Assembly (NCBI GenBank): GCA_963836905.1
Contig: CAWIKY010000007.1
Location: 253,364 to 317,363, forward strand
Direction of reading: 5' to 3'
DNA length: 64,000 nt
DNA from: an uncultured Alphaproteobacteria bacterium
GTDB taxonomy: Bacteria; Pseudomonadota; Alphaproteobacteria; Caulobacterales; Hyphomonadaceae
This document shows positions 17,686 through 27,284 of the stretch, one piece after another; positions within the stretch are counted from its first letter, which is position 1; the number at the start of each line of letters is the position of its first letter. A model generated the notes under the pieces. It worked only from the letters and a program-made list of their open reading frames with translations, ran no database searches and had not been told where the DNA came from. The position numbers were made by a program, and so were the translations under genes.

Positions 17686-20145
17686 TCAGGCGGCGGTACG
17701 CTGGCGCAGTTCGCTGGCCTCGTCGCGCGGCGGCGAGTGGGGTCGCAGCGTCGGTGTAGCGTCTTCCGGCAAGGCACAGATAACCGTGGTGCCAGTGCCG
17801 GGCTCGGAATCGATGGCGACCCAGCCATTATGACGCTCGATGAAGGCACGGACCAGTGTCAGTCCGACACCTGCGCCCGTCTGCTCGCTGGACTGGAACG
17901 GATCGAATGCCGAGGCCTGCTTGTCAAAGGCAATGCCGCGTCCGGTATCGCGCACAGTGAGTTTGACGATCCCGTCTTCGCGTGTCGCGCCGACGGCGAT
18001 CTCGTCACCCGCGACGGTGTTGTGGATGGCGTTCGAAAGCAGGTTGAACAGGACTTGGCGAAGCCGTTTGCCATCGGCCCTGATGGTACCGATTCCGGCG
18101 GGAATTTCCGTCCGGATCGCCGTTCGCGTATCCTCGACGCTGTTGGCGACCAGCCCGATGCTGTCTTCTATCAGTGCTGTCAGGTCGACGGTGTCGAGTT
18201 CAAGATCATATCGGCCGGCTTCGATCATTGCGAGGTCCAGAATGTTGTCGATCAGCTTCTGAAGGTCGGTCGAAGCCCTTAAGATTGAACGAACAGAATC
18301 CCGCTGTCTTTCGTTGATCGGACCGGCAAGATCACCGTCGATGAACTGGGCAAAGCCCATAATGCTCTGTAGCGGCGAGCGAAGCTGATAGCTGACATTC
18401 TCGACGAACCGCTTGCGCAGCTGGTCGGCCGCGGCGAAGGCGTCCGCCTTGTCGGTCAGCACCTTCTTCATCTTGAGGTTGGCCGTCTCGTCGACGAAGG
18501 CGATCAGGGTCGCCCCGTCCGGCAAGGGGTGGGTCAGATACTTGAGGATCGTGTCATCGCTGCGCCGCATGAAGGTGCCGCTTTCACGCCGGGCGCGGGG
18601 GTCCGGGTCCGTCACGCGAGCCTTGATCTCCGACCAGACGGCCTCGTCACGAAACAAAGGCTTGCAGAGCGAGGTCACCTTGTCGAAATCCATTCCGCGG
18701 GATTCCAGTTCGGCCTTCTCGATGTTCCATTGCTCGAAGAAGGCGGTGTTGACCAGCTTGAGCCGAGCATCGGCCCCGAACACGAGCACAGCCTCGTGCA
18801 GATTGTCGAGCGTGGCCGTCTGGGTCTGGGTCAGTTCGTTGAACCGTGCCCGCAGTTTCACGTCCTCGGTGATGTCCTTGAAGAGAATCAGCAGGCCGCC
18901 GAGCGGGTGACGCTGGCGCGTGACGCTGATGATGCGTCCATCGGGCAGCCGCCAGCTTTCCGGCGGAACGGTGCGCGATGTCTGGTGGTGACCCAGTTCC
19001 TTCGCGCGCCATTCGGCCCAGTTGCTCTGAGTGGGAAGCTTGCGCTTCTCACGGAGCCTGTCGAGAATGGTCGAGTGGGAGGGATGACCGGAGAGAAAGC
19101 TCTCGCCGAGGGACCACATCTCGCTGAAGGCCCGGTTGTAGAAGGTCAGGTTCCGGTCCGGACCGAAAATCGCGACCCCTTCATCGACATGATTGAGCGT
19201 TTCATCATGCGCCTTCACATGGCGGTTCAGCGTTTCGCGGGCCTGCTCCTCGTCGGTCACGTCGAACGCCATAGCTCCCGCGCCGCCGGTCAACGGGAAG
19301 GTCAGCACGCGATAGATGCGCCGTTCGCCATTGACGGCAAGGTGGCGCTGTTCGGTGATGTCGGCGCGGCTTTCAATGGTCCGGCGTACCTGTTCGGTGA
19401 TCTGCTCGTCCAGCCGCATCTGTCCGTCAATGGCCTGATCCAGACCGTCCGCCCCGACCGAGGCCAGATAAGCCGAGTTCGCCCATTGCAGACGCCCGGC
19501 CCCCGACAGGCGCCAGACCGGGAACGGGGCCTTGGCGAGCATGTCCAGGAAGGCTGTCGGGTCTCTGGCAACAATCTGCCTGGCTTCCTCGAAGCGCCCA
19601 CGCGCGGAGCTTTCCTCGATGCCCTTGATCGTGGAATCGGTAATCCAGAGAACGGCGCGGACACCGGCGGTTCGTCCGTCCGCTTCCAGAAACCGCCCCG
19701 ACGGGCCGATGATGGTCAGCGAAAAGGACGCGCCGTTGAGCCGCAATTCCTGCAGGCGTTCGCGCAGGGTGGCATGCTGGCCCGAGGCATCGCGCGCCTC
19801 AAGATCGGCGAGGCCTTCAAGCAGGCGCACGGCCGGATCCATGGCGGTCGATTCGTCGGTGAACTTGAGAAGCGAGCCGAAGGCGACCGGCGACCCATAG
19901 ACTTGCGGCTGGCCGAGGGTTGCAGCCTCCGGTTCGTCATCTTCCCAGACCAGCACAACACCCGGATGCGCGCCGAAGATGCTCTCGGCGCGTGCCGTGC
20001 GTTCTTCAAGCTGACGTGAGCGGCGGCGAAAGGCATTGGCGGCGCTGCGGCTGCCTTCGGTCACCCGATAGGCCCAGAGCATTGCCGCCAAGGCGAGGGC
20101 AGCCGCACCGAACGTCGCAATCAACTGGGTCATACCAACCGTCAT
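17686..20145 (-). CDS. divL: DivL-type sensor kinase homologue (PAS repeats, DHp with Tyr replacing the phospho-His, HATPase_c)
   Basis: 819 aa with an N-terminal TM helix. The H-box reads NVSYQLRSPL instead of SHELRTPL, with the Tyr586 codon TAT at 18388-18390 on the minus strand. N box LFNLLSNAIHNT, G1 RDTGRGI, G2 GAGVGLTLV. Confidence 0.8.
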   Translation of the reverse strand: MTVGMTQLIATFGAAALALAAMLWAYRVTEGSRSAANAFRRRSRQLEERTARAESIFGAHPGVVLVWEDDEPEAATLGQPQVYGSPVAFGSLLKFTDESTAMDPAVRLLEGLADLEARDASGQHATLRERLQELRLNGASFSLTIIGPSGRFLEADGRTAGVRAVLWITDSTIKGIEESSARGRFEEARQIVARDPTAFLDMLAKAPFPVWRLSGAGRLQWANSAYLASVGADGLDQAIDGQMRLDEQITEQVRRTIESRADITEQRHLAVNGERRIYRVLTFPLTGGAGAMAFDVTDEEQARETLNRHVKAHDETLNHVDEGVAIFGPDRNLTFYNRAFSEMWSLGESFLSGHPSHSTILDRLREKRKLPTQSNWAEWRAKELGHHQTSRTVPPESWRLPDGRIISVTRQRHPLGGLLILFKDITEDVKLRARFNELTQTQTATLDNLHEAVLVFGADARLKLVNTAFFEQWNIEKAELESRGMDFDKVTSLCKPLFRDEAVWSEIKARVTDPDPRARRESGTFMRRSDDTILKYLTHPLPDGATLIAFVDETANLKMKKVLTDKADAFAAADQLRKRFVENVSYQLRSPLQSIMGFAQFIDGDLAGPINERQRDSVRSILRASTDLQKLIDNILDLAMIEAGRYDLELDTVDLTALIEDSIGLVANSVEDTRTAIRTEIPAGIGTIRADGKRLRQVLFNLLSNAIHNTVAGDEIAVGATREDGIVKLTVRDTGRGIAFDKQASAFDPFQSSEQTGAGVGLTLVRAFIERHNGWVAIDSEPGTGTTVICALPEDATPTLRPHSPPRDEASELRQRTAA

Positions 20146-20221
20146 GGCCTCTCATCCCGTCTCCGCCGGAAGACGCGCGCGTCCATCCTGACAGATACGT
20201 TAACGGAATCATACGATTGGC

Positions 20222-20236
20222 TTAATGCAAGGTTAA
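20222..20236. promoter_or_regulatory. CtrA-type box TTAA-N7-TTAA
   Basis: TTAAtgcaaggTTAA lies 77-91 nt upstream of the divL ATG. Adjacent are the half-site GTTAAC (20199-20204) and the GANTC site GAATC (20206-20210). Confidence 0.4.
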
Positions 20237-20279
20237 TGACTTGCGTTGAATTTGTCCGGTCCGGCAGACAACGCGCCGG

Positions 20280-20600
20280 TCAGTGCTGGCTTTCAGGTGT
20301 TGTAACGGTCAGACCGTCCAGCTCCTTGGAGACCTGTATCTGGCAGGAGAGACGCGAGTTTTCCTGAACGCCCTCGGCGAAATCGAGCATGGACTGCTCC
20401 ATGGCTTCGCGTGAACCGGTCTTTTCCAGATAGGCGGTGTCGACATAGACATGGCAGGTCGCACACGCACAGGCACCGCCGCAGTCGGCATCAATGCCCG
20501 GCACATTGTTGCGGATTGCCGCTTCCATGACGCTTTCGCCGACCTTGGCATCGACATCGCGGCTCGTTCCGTCGTGCTCGACATACGTAATCTTGACCAT
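20280..20600 (-). CDS. 2Fe-2S ferredoxin, adrenodoxin/putidaredoxin type
   Basis: 106 aa starting at the ATG at 20600 (GGGAGA upstream). Cluster motif [12 protein letters not shown] ... RLSCQ. Confidence 0.9.
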   Translation of the reverse strand: MVKITYVEHDGTSRDVDAKVGESVMEAAIRNNVPGIDADCGGACACATCHVYVDTAYLEKTGSREAMEQSMLDFAEGVQENSRLSCQIQVSKELDGLTVTTPESQH

Positions 20601-20625
20601 CTTCCGAAGTCTCCCTGAATCTCGT

Positions 20626-21864
20626 TCAAACCGCCATAGCGCCAGCGGCAATCTCTTTCATCGACACCGATGTATCGGTTAGCGTGTCTCGTGCAAGCGC
20701 AGCGTTTGCCGCAATCAGCTTCTTCGACGCCAGAAACTCCGGTGGCGCGTTTACGGCATCGACCGCGCGGATGTGTCCGTCCTGCAGATAGAACACTGCA
20801 AAGCTGCGACCGGACGGGTCTCCGCGCACCACCGTTTCGTTGGTGTTCGTCGAGAGACCGGCAATCTGCAGTTTGACGTCGTACTGGTCTGACCAGAACC
20901 AGGGCGTATCCTCGCTCGGACGCGGATGACCCAGAATGTGCGCGGCCGCAAGCTTGCCCTGCTCTATCGCATTGTGAACGCTTTCGAGCCGCGCTTCGCG
21001 CCCGTAATGCACAAGCGGGCGTTTGGTACAGTCGCCGACGGCATAAATGTCCGGGTCGAGCGTACGCGCGTCGCGGTCCACGCGGATGCCGTTGCCGCAT
21101 GCCAGACCGGCCTCGGCGGCGAGGCCCTCATTCGGGGTGATGCCAATGCCGACAAGCACCAGATCGCAGGCGATGACCTCGCCCGAGGCCAGACGCGCGC
21201 CGGTCACAGACGTCTCGCCCTCCAGTGCCGCCAGTCTGACGCCGGTGCGGACATCCACGCCATGCGACTCGTGCAGTCGGGTAAAGAACGAAGACATGAC
21301 CTCGCCGGTGACACGCGCCAGCACCCGGTCGGCCATCTCCAGGATCGTCACCTCCGCGCCGAGTTCGCGCATGACGGCGGCAGCCTCAAGCCCGATATAC
21401 CCGGCACCGACAATGACGATGCGGCACCTGGGCGACATGCAGGCGCGCAAGCGCTCGACATCGGCGATGCCGCGCAGCGTCTGAACCCTGTCCAGGGTCC
21501 CGCCCTGAACCGGAAGATCACGCGGTGTCGAACCGGTCGCCAGTATGAGCTTGTCGTAAGAGAGGGCTGCGCCGCTTTGCAGATGCAGACGGCGCGATGC
21601 GCGGTCGATGCGGCTCGCCTTCATGTCGAGGATCAGCTCGACATTCTGGTCCTGGTAATACTGGAGAGGTTTGAGATACAGCCGGTCCTCGTCGATGAGG
21701 CCCTTGAGGAATGTCTTGGAGAGCGGCGGTCTTTGATAGGGCGGCGCGTTTTCCTCGCCGACAAGCGTCAAGCCGCCCTCATAGCCGCCCAGACGCAGCG
21801 ATGCGATCGCTTGCGCCCCGGCCTGACCGCCGCCGACAACGATGATATGGCGTGGCAAAGTCAT
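20626..21864 (-). CDS. NAD(P)H-dependent ferredoxin reductase (putidaredoxin-reductase-like FAD oxidoreductase)
   Basis: [14 protein letters not shown] fold, a second Rossmann [12 protein letters not shown], and AVGDC. The start is ambiguous: ATG at 21864 is preferred, and the GTG at 21882 is the ORF-track start. Confidence 0.85.
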   Translation of the reverse strand: MTLPRHIIVVGGGQAGAQAIASLRLGGYEGGLTLVGEENAPPYQRPPLSKTFLKGLIDEDRLYLKPLQYYQDQNVELILDMKASRIDRASRRLHLQSGAALSYDKLILATGSTPRDLPVQGGTLDRVQTLRGIADVERLRACMSPRCRIVIVGAGYIGLEAAAVMRELGAEVTILEMADRVLARVTGEVMSSFFTRLHESHGVDVRTGVRLAALEGETSVTGARLASGEVIACDLVLVGIGITPNEGLAAEAGLACGNGIRVDRDARTLDPDIYAVGDCTKRPLVHYGREARLESVHNAIEQGKLAAAHILGHPRPSEDTPWFWSDQYDVKLQIAGLSTNTNETVVRGDPSGRSFAVFYLQDGHIRAVDAVNAPPEFLASKKLIAANAALARDTLTDTSVSMKEIAAGAMAV

Positions 21865-21900
21865 GCGCAGGTCTTCGGGCACTGGGTCATTGGGCGATGT

Positions 21901-21916
21901 ATGACGCGTGCGTCAT
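21901..21916. promoter_or_regulatory. perfect palindrome ATGACGC-gt-GCGTCAT
   Basis: 7-bp arms in the divergent promoter region between the reductase gene and tsaE. The same TGACGC-N2-GCGTCA core occurs at 63220-63233. Confidence 0.35.
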
Positions 21917-21968
21917 GTTTTGCAAGACTCTTGAAGCCATAGCGGACGCACAATAGTCAGGGGATATC

Positions 21969-22436
21969 GTGACCGTCACCCACACCTGCGCCCTGCCCGA
22001 CGAAGCGGCCACCCTCCGGTTCGGAGCACGTCTCGCGGCGCTGCTCCGCCGCGGTGACATGCTGGTCCTGATCGGCGATCTGGGCGCGGGAAAGACGACA
22101 CTTGTGCGCGGGCTGATCCGCTCGCTGTGCGGTGACCACACCGATGTGCCCAGCCCCACCTTCACGCTGGTCCAGACCTATGAAACCGGTATTGGCACCT
22201 TATGGCATTTCGATCTCTACCGGCTGGAATCGCCGGATGAGGTGCGCGAACTCGGGCTTGAAGAGGCGCTGGAGGATATCTGTCTGATTGAATGGCCGGA
22301 GAAAGCGGGGCACTATCTTCCGAAGACGGGATTCGAGCTGCGTCTGACGTTCGAGGGTGAGGGCCGAAACGCCTGCCTGACAGGACACGGAACAGACGAG
22401 CAGAACAGGGTGAAGACGTATTTCGATGCCTCATGA
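21969..22436 (+). CDS. tsaE: tRNA threonylcarbamoyladenosine biosynthesis ATPase TsaE
   Basis: 155 aa with a GTG start. Walker A GDLGAGKTT, and the SPTFTLVQTY and HFDLYRL motifs. Confidence 0.85.
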   Translation: MTVTHTCALPDEAATLRFGARLAALLRRGDMLVLIGDLGAGKTTLVRGLIRSLCGDHTDVPSPTFTLVQTYETGIGTLWHFDLYRLESPDEVRELGLEEALEDICLIEWPEKAGHYLPKTGFELRLTFEGEGRNACLTGHGTDEQNRVKTYFDAS

Positions 22437-23523
22437 CCGCGAGCGCGAACGTCTGCGTTTTCTTCAGCACTCGGGATGGGGCGATGCGCGTCGCTTAGCA
22501 CTTGGCGAAGACGCGTCCACCCGTCGTTATGAACGTTTGATACGTGCGGATACGGGTGAACACGTTCTGCTGATGGACGCGCCGCCAAACGCCGAACCAC
22601 CGTTTCTGGACGGCGAGGCCAGCCATGCAGAGCGGCTGGCCGCCGGATGGAATGCCAGCGCCCGTCTGGCGGCCTGCCGCATCGATGCGTTTGCGGGGAT
22701 TGCAGGCTTTTTGCGTGACCTCGGCGTGACCGCGCCGCAGGTGCATCACAGCGATGTGGAGGCGGGGTTCGCTATCGTCGAGGATCTTGGCGACGCACTA
22801 TTTGCGCGCGAGATCGAGCGCGGCGCTGACGAGGCAGTGCTTTACCGGGCGGCGGCGCAAACGCTCGGACACATTCATAACGCGCGCGCCCCGCAAATGG
22901 TCACGGGCGATGGTCATGACTGGCATATCCGGGATTATGATGCTCTGGCGTTCCGGGTGGGCGCGGACCTCTTCCCCGAATGGTATCCAACACTCGATCC
23001 GCAGATGACCGTCAGTCCGCAGCAACGCGCCGCCTGGTCGGATATCATGGCCGGCCTCTGCGACCGGCTGGCCGGGCTGCCGCAGGTCTTGCTGATGCGG
23101 GACTATCACGCGGAAAATCTGATCTGGCTGCCAAAGCGCGACGGTATTGCCCGTGTCGGGTTGCTGGACTTTCAGGACGCTGTGAGGGGCCCGGCGGCCT
23201 GGGACCTGGTGATGTTCCTGCAGGATGCGCGACGCGATGTCGGGCCGGAGGCCAGACGCACGGCGCTGGATGCCTGGCTGGAGACAACCGGCACGGCAGC
23301 GGCAGATATCGAGGATGACATGGCCCTTGCCGGTGCGGTCAATGCCCTGCGTATTCTCGGCATATTTGCCCGCTTGATCGCGCGCGATGGCAAGCCCCGC
23401 TATAAGGCGTTTCTGGCGCGTGAATGGGGCCACCTTCTTGGCAATCTTGAACATCCAGAGCTTGGCGACCTTCGCAAGCTGCTGGGCGATATGGTGCCGG
23501 ACATTGAAAGGCGCGCGGCATGA
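22426..23523 (+). CDS. amgK: aminoglycoside-phosphotransferase-fold kinase, AmgK-like (anomeric MurNAc/GlcNAc kinase)
   Basis: 365 aa. ASTRRYERL, LMRDYHAENLIWL, and GLLDFQDA catalytic motifs. Occupies the conserved position between tsaE and murU. Confidence 0.7.
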   Translation: MPHDRERERLRFLQHSGWGDARRLALGEDASTRRYERLIRADTGEHVLLMDAPPNAEPPFLDGEASHAERLAAGWNASARLAACRIDAFAGIAGFLRDLGVTAPQVHHSDVEAGFAIVEDLGDALFAREIERGADEAVLYRAAAQTLGHIHNARAPQMVTGDGHDWHIRDYDALAFRVGADLFPEWYPTLDPQMTVSPQQRAAWSDIMAGLCDRLAGLPQVLLMRDYHAENLIWLPKRDGIARVGLLDFQDAVRGPAAWDLVMFLQDARRDVGPEARRTALDAWLETTGTAAADIEDDMALAGAVNALRILGIFARLIARDGKPRYKAFLAREWGHLLGNLEHPELGDLRKLLGDMVPDIERRAA

Positions 23524-24251
23524 GCGCCGCCCCGGTTCAGTCCGCCATGCTGATGGCCGCAGGATTCGGAACCCGGATGCGGCCGCTGACGAATGACCGG
23601 CCCAAGCCGCTGATCGAGGTCGCCGGGCGCACGCTGATCGACCGGCTTCTGGATGAGCTGGTGGCCGCCGGAATCGGCCGGGCCGTGGTCAATGTGCATT
23701 ATCTGGCCGACATGCTGGAAACCCACGTCCTTCAGCGCCGCGACATCGAGATTGCGATTTCCGATGAGCGCGGCGAGCTTATGGATACCGGCGGCGGTGT
23801 CGTGCAGGCTTTGCCTTTGCTGGGCGATCTACCGTTTCTGGTCGTCAATACAGACGCCTTCTGGACGGGCGCAGACCATAGCCCGATCCTCGATCTGATC
23901 GAGGGGTTCGACCTTAAGCGAATGGATGAGCGACTGCTTCTGGCGCGGCGGGACCGCTCGACCGGTTTTGACGGTAAGGGTGATTTCCGGCTGGACCCTG
24001 ACGGTGTTCTGGACCGGCCCGAACGCGGCGAGGAAACTCCTTATGCTTATGCCGGGGTCAGGATCGTCTCGCCGCAGGTCTATAGGGGGCACGCAGCGAC
24101 ACCGTTTTCGGCAAACGAGATTTGGAGCCAGAGCCTCGCGGCGGGACGGCTTCACGGCATGGTGCTGGACGGCGACTGGCTGCATGTCGGAGACCCACAA
24201 GCCCGCAGCGATGCCGAGCGGCATGTGCTGAGGTTGAAGAGCGAAACATGA
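23520..24251 (+). CDS. murU: nucleotidyltransferase, MurU-like (MurNAc-1-P uridylyltransferase)
   Basis: 243 aa. AMLMAAGFGTRMRPLTNDRPKPLI NTP-transferase N-terminus. ATGA overlap with amgK. Confidence 0.7.
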   Translation: MSAAPVQSAMLMAAGFGTRMRPLTNDRPKPLIEVAGRTLIDRLLDELVAAGIGRAVVNVHYLADMLETHVLQRRDIEIAISDERGELMDTGGGVVQALPLLGDLPFLVVNTDAFWTGADHSPILDLIEGFDLKRMDERLLLARRDRSTGFDGKGDFRLDPDGVLDRPERGEETPYAYAGVRIVSPQVYRGHAATPFSANEIWSQSLAAGRLHGMVLDGDWLHVGDPQARSDAERHVLRLKSET

Positions 24252-27200
24252 CGCAGGCCCTTTTCAGCCGCGGGCAGCCCGAAGCTTTTTACCCTTCCCG
24301 CAGGCGCAGACCTTCTGGATGTTCTGTCCTCGACGCTTGTCGAAACGCTCAAGGTGCGTGACCGACCGGACGCATTGGCCGAAACGCTCATCTATGTGCC
24401 CAACCGTCGGTCGGCGCGGCGGCTGGCGGCCTGTCTGTTTCAGAAGCTGGGCGGGGGGAGTTTCATTCCGCCCGACATTCGCCCGCTTGGGGATGTGGTG
24501 GATACCGACACACTCGGCGCAAGCGATCTGGCGTTCGGGGACGGCTTGCCGGAGGTCTCCGACGGTCACCGCCTCGGCGTTCTGACGCGGTTGATCCTTG
24601 CTTGGCAAAACAAAACCGGCGCGGAAACCTCCATGGTGAATGCCCTGCGCGCGGCGCAGGAGCTGGCCGGTCTGCTGGATCAGGCGGCACTTGTCGGCGA
24701 TGTCGACTGGCATAAGCTTGGCGATCTGGCGGGAGCCAACGAGCTTGCGCAGCACTGGCAGTCGTCCATCGACTTTCTGAAGATCGTCACGGAGGCCTGG
24801 CCGGATTATCTGGCCGATAACGGGCTGGCCGAACCGGCGCGCCAACGGGTCGAGATTGCGAGGACCATTGCCGCGCGCTGGGAGGCGAACCCGCCGGACC
24901 ATCCTGTGATCATCGCCGGGTCGACGGGGACCACGCCTGCCTCGCGCCTTCTGATGGAGGCAATCGCAAAGCTTCCCAAAGGCCTGATCCTGTTCGAGGG
25001 GCTGGAACGCGACGCGCAGGCGCAGGCCTGGGAGGCGATCCGGCAGACGCCGAGCCATCCGCAATTTGCCTTTGCCGGAACGCTGGATGCGATGGGCCTG
25101 TCACCGGAGGCCGTCGCTTCATGGCCCGGTTATGCCGAGACCGACAAGCAAACCTCCCGGCGCAAACTGATCGAGGAAGCGCTCGCCCCGGCGGAAACGA
25201 CCGATGACTGGCTGCGCCGCCTGAAAATGCGCGCCGACCCGCAAAGCCCGGAAGAACTGACCCGGCAAGCTCTGGAAAACGTTTTTGTCATCGAGGCCGA
25301 GAACGAGGCCGAAGAAGCCTTTGCGATTGCCCTGAAATTGCGTGAAACGCTCGAGACGCCGGACAAGACCGCTGCGCTCGTCACGGCGGATGCCGGGCTG
25401 GCGAAACGCGTCAGCGCCAGTCTGCGACGCTGGGAGATCGATGCACCGACCTCTGCGGGCCGGTTCCTGACCGAGACCCGCGCTGGCAGCTTCCTGTTTC
25501 TGGCAGCGGGATGGATGCTCGATCCGGGCGATCCGGTACTTCTGTGCGCCCTGCTCAAGCACGAGGTCATGACGCAAGAGGACACCGCCGTCTTCACGCA
25601 GGCAGACATCTCGCAATTTGAACGGACGCAATTGCGGGGGCCGAGGCTGTGGCACGGTCTGGACAGCCTGCAGCGCTACATTGCGGACGAGGGACGTGTC
25701 CGCCGGTTCTACAGGGCAGATGAGGCGTCTGCGCGTATCGTCTCATGGCTGCAGACCGTGCATGCGCCGTGCGTTGAGCCGCTCGCCGGACCGCTTTCCG
25801 GCGAAGCGTTCGCCGGTCTGCTGGCAGGGCTTCTGCAAAGGCTGAGCGATGGCGAAGCGCCAAGCGACGCCGCGCGCATCTGGGCGGACAAGGACGGTGC
25901 GGCGATTGCAGGCCTTCTGGAAACGCTCGCCGATACGGGTCATGCGCTCGGGGAGGAGCCCGGGGAAACCCATCTGGCCATACTTGAAGCGCTGGCGGAC
26001 GGAGATCTGGTGGCAAACGAGACGGCGGGCCATCCACGCATAGCCATTCTCGGCCCGCTGGAAGCACGTCTACAGTCGGCTGACCTGGTCATACTGGGTG
26101 GTCTGAACGAGGGAAGCTGGCCGGGACGCAGCGGCGGCGATGCGTTCCTGCCGCGCCATTTCCGGTCCCGTATCGGCCTGCCCGACCCTGAAGCCCGAGT
26201 CGGTCTTGCCGCGCATGACTTTGCCCAGCTGGCAGGCAGCGGCGAGGTGATTCTGTCGCGATCCAAACGCCTGTCTGACAAGCCGTCCGTGGCCTCGCGC
26301 TGGCTCTGGCGCCTGCGTATTCTGGCGAGCGGCGCCGTGGGTAGCATGGCCGCAGCAGACGAGCTTCTTGCCCTGCCCGCATCGACGGATCCGCTGCTTC
26401 TGGCGCGGTCCTTTCATGCCGAAAGGCAGACGATACAGGTGAGAAGCCCGGAGCCGCGACCACCGAAAGAGGCGCGCAAGCGGGACTTTTCGGTCACGCA
26501 GGTCGGCGCGATGATCCGCGATCCCTATAGCGTCTATGCCGGCAAGATACTTGAGCTGGAAACGTTCGACCCGCTCGATGCCGAGATCGGACCGCCGCAA
26601 CTGGGAACAGCCGTCCACAAGGGTCTGGAGCTTTTCGAGGCCGATATCCGGAACGAAAACAAGAACACTGCAGCCAATCTCGTCGGGTTGATCGAGACGG
26701 TGCTGAAGGCAGCCGGTCTCTCCGAGCTGCAGATACGCAAACGTCATGAGCTCTATCTGGCGGCGGCGCAGACTTATCTCGACTGGCGCCTGCCACGACT
26801 GGCGGACTACCCGCACGCCGTCATCGAGAAGAAGGTGTCGCAAATCTACAACAAGGACGGCGTCGAGATTGCGCTGAAGGGCACGCCCGATCTGGTCGAG
26901 GTCGCGAAGGATGGCAGCTTCACCGTGCTCGATTTCAAGACCGGCGCGCCCAAGTCGCAGAAACAGGTCTCGTCCGGGCTGGAACCGCAATTACCGTTGC
27001 TCGCGGCGCTCATCAAACAAGACAACACGGACTATGCAAAGGCGCAAAAACCGGCCGATCTCCTGTATTTCCGGTTCGGCTCGAATGCGAAAGCCAGCAG
27101 CGTTGCCGATGACGACCCGGCAGCGCTGGGGGAGCGCGAATTGCAGCGGTTTCTGGCCTACGTCGCCAAGTATGTGAACGATCCGAAGACAGCCTATCTC

Positions 27201-27284
27201 TCGCGGCCACGGGTCTACAGCGTGACCGATTACGGCGAATACGACCGGCTTGCCCGGGTCGAAGAATGGCGGCCCGCGGACTGA
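24248..27284 (+). CDS. addB: double-strand break repair protein AddB (alphaproteobacterial type); the N-terminal ~35 codons are reachable only through a +1 shift
   Basis: The long frame (ORF track 24354-27284) continues upstream without a start as SPKLFTLPAGADLLDVLSSTLVETLK. The ATG at 24248 (ATGA overlap with murU) is in the -1 neighbouring frame (MTQALFSRGQP...). C-terminal PD-(D/E)XK-like region GTPDLVE...VLDFKTG. Confidence 0.85.
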
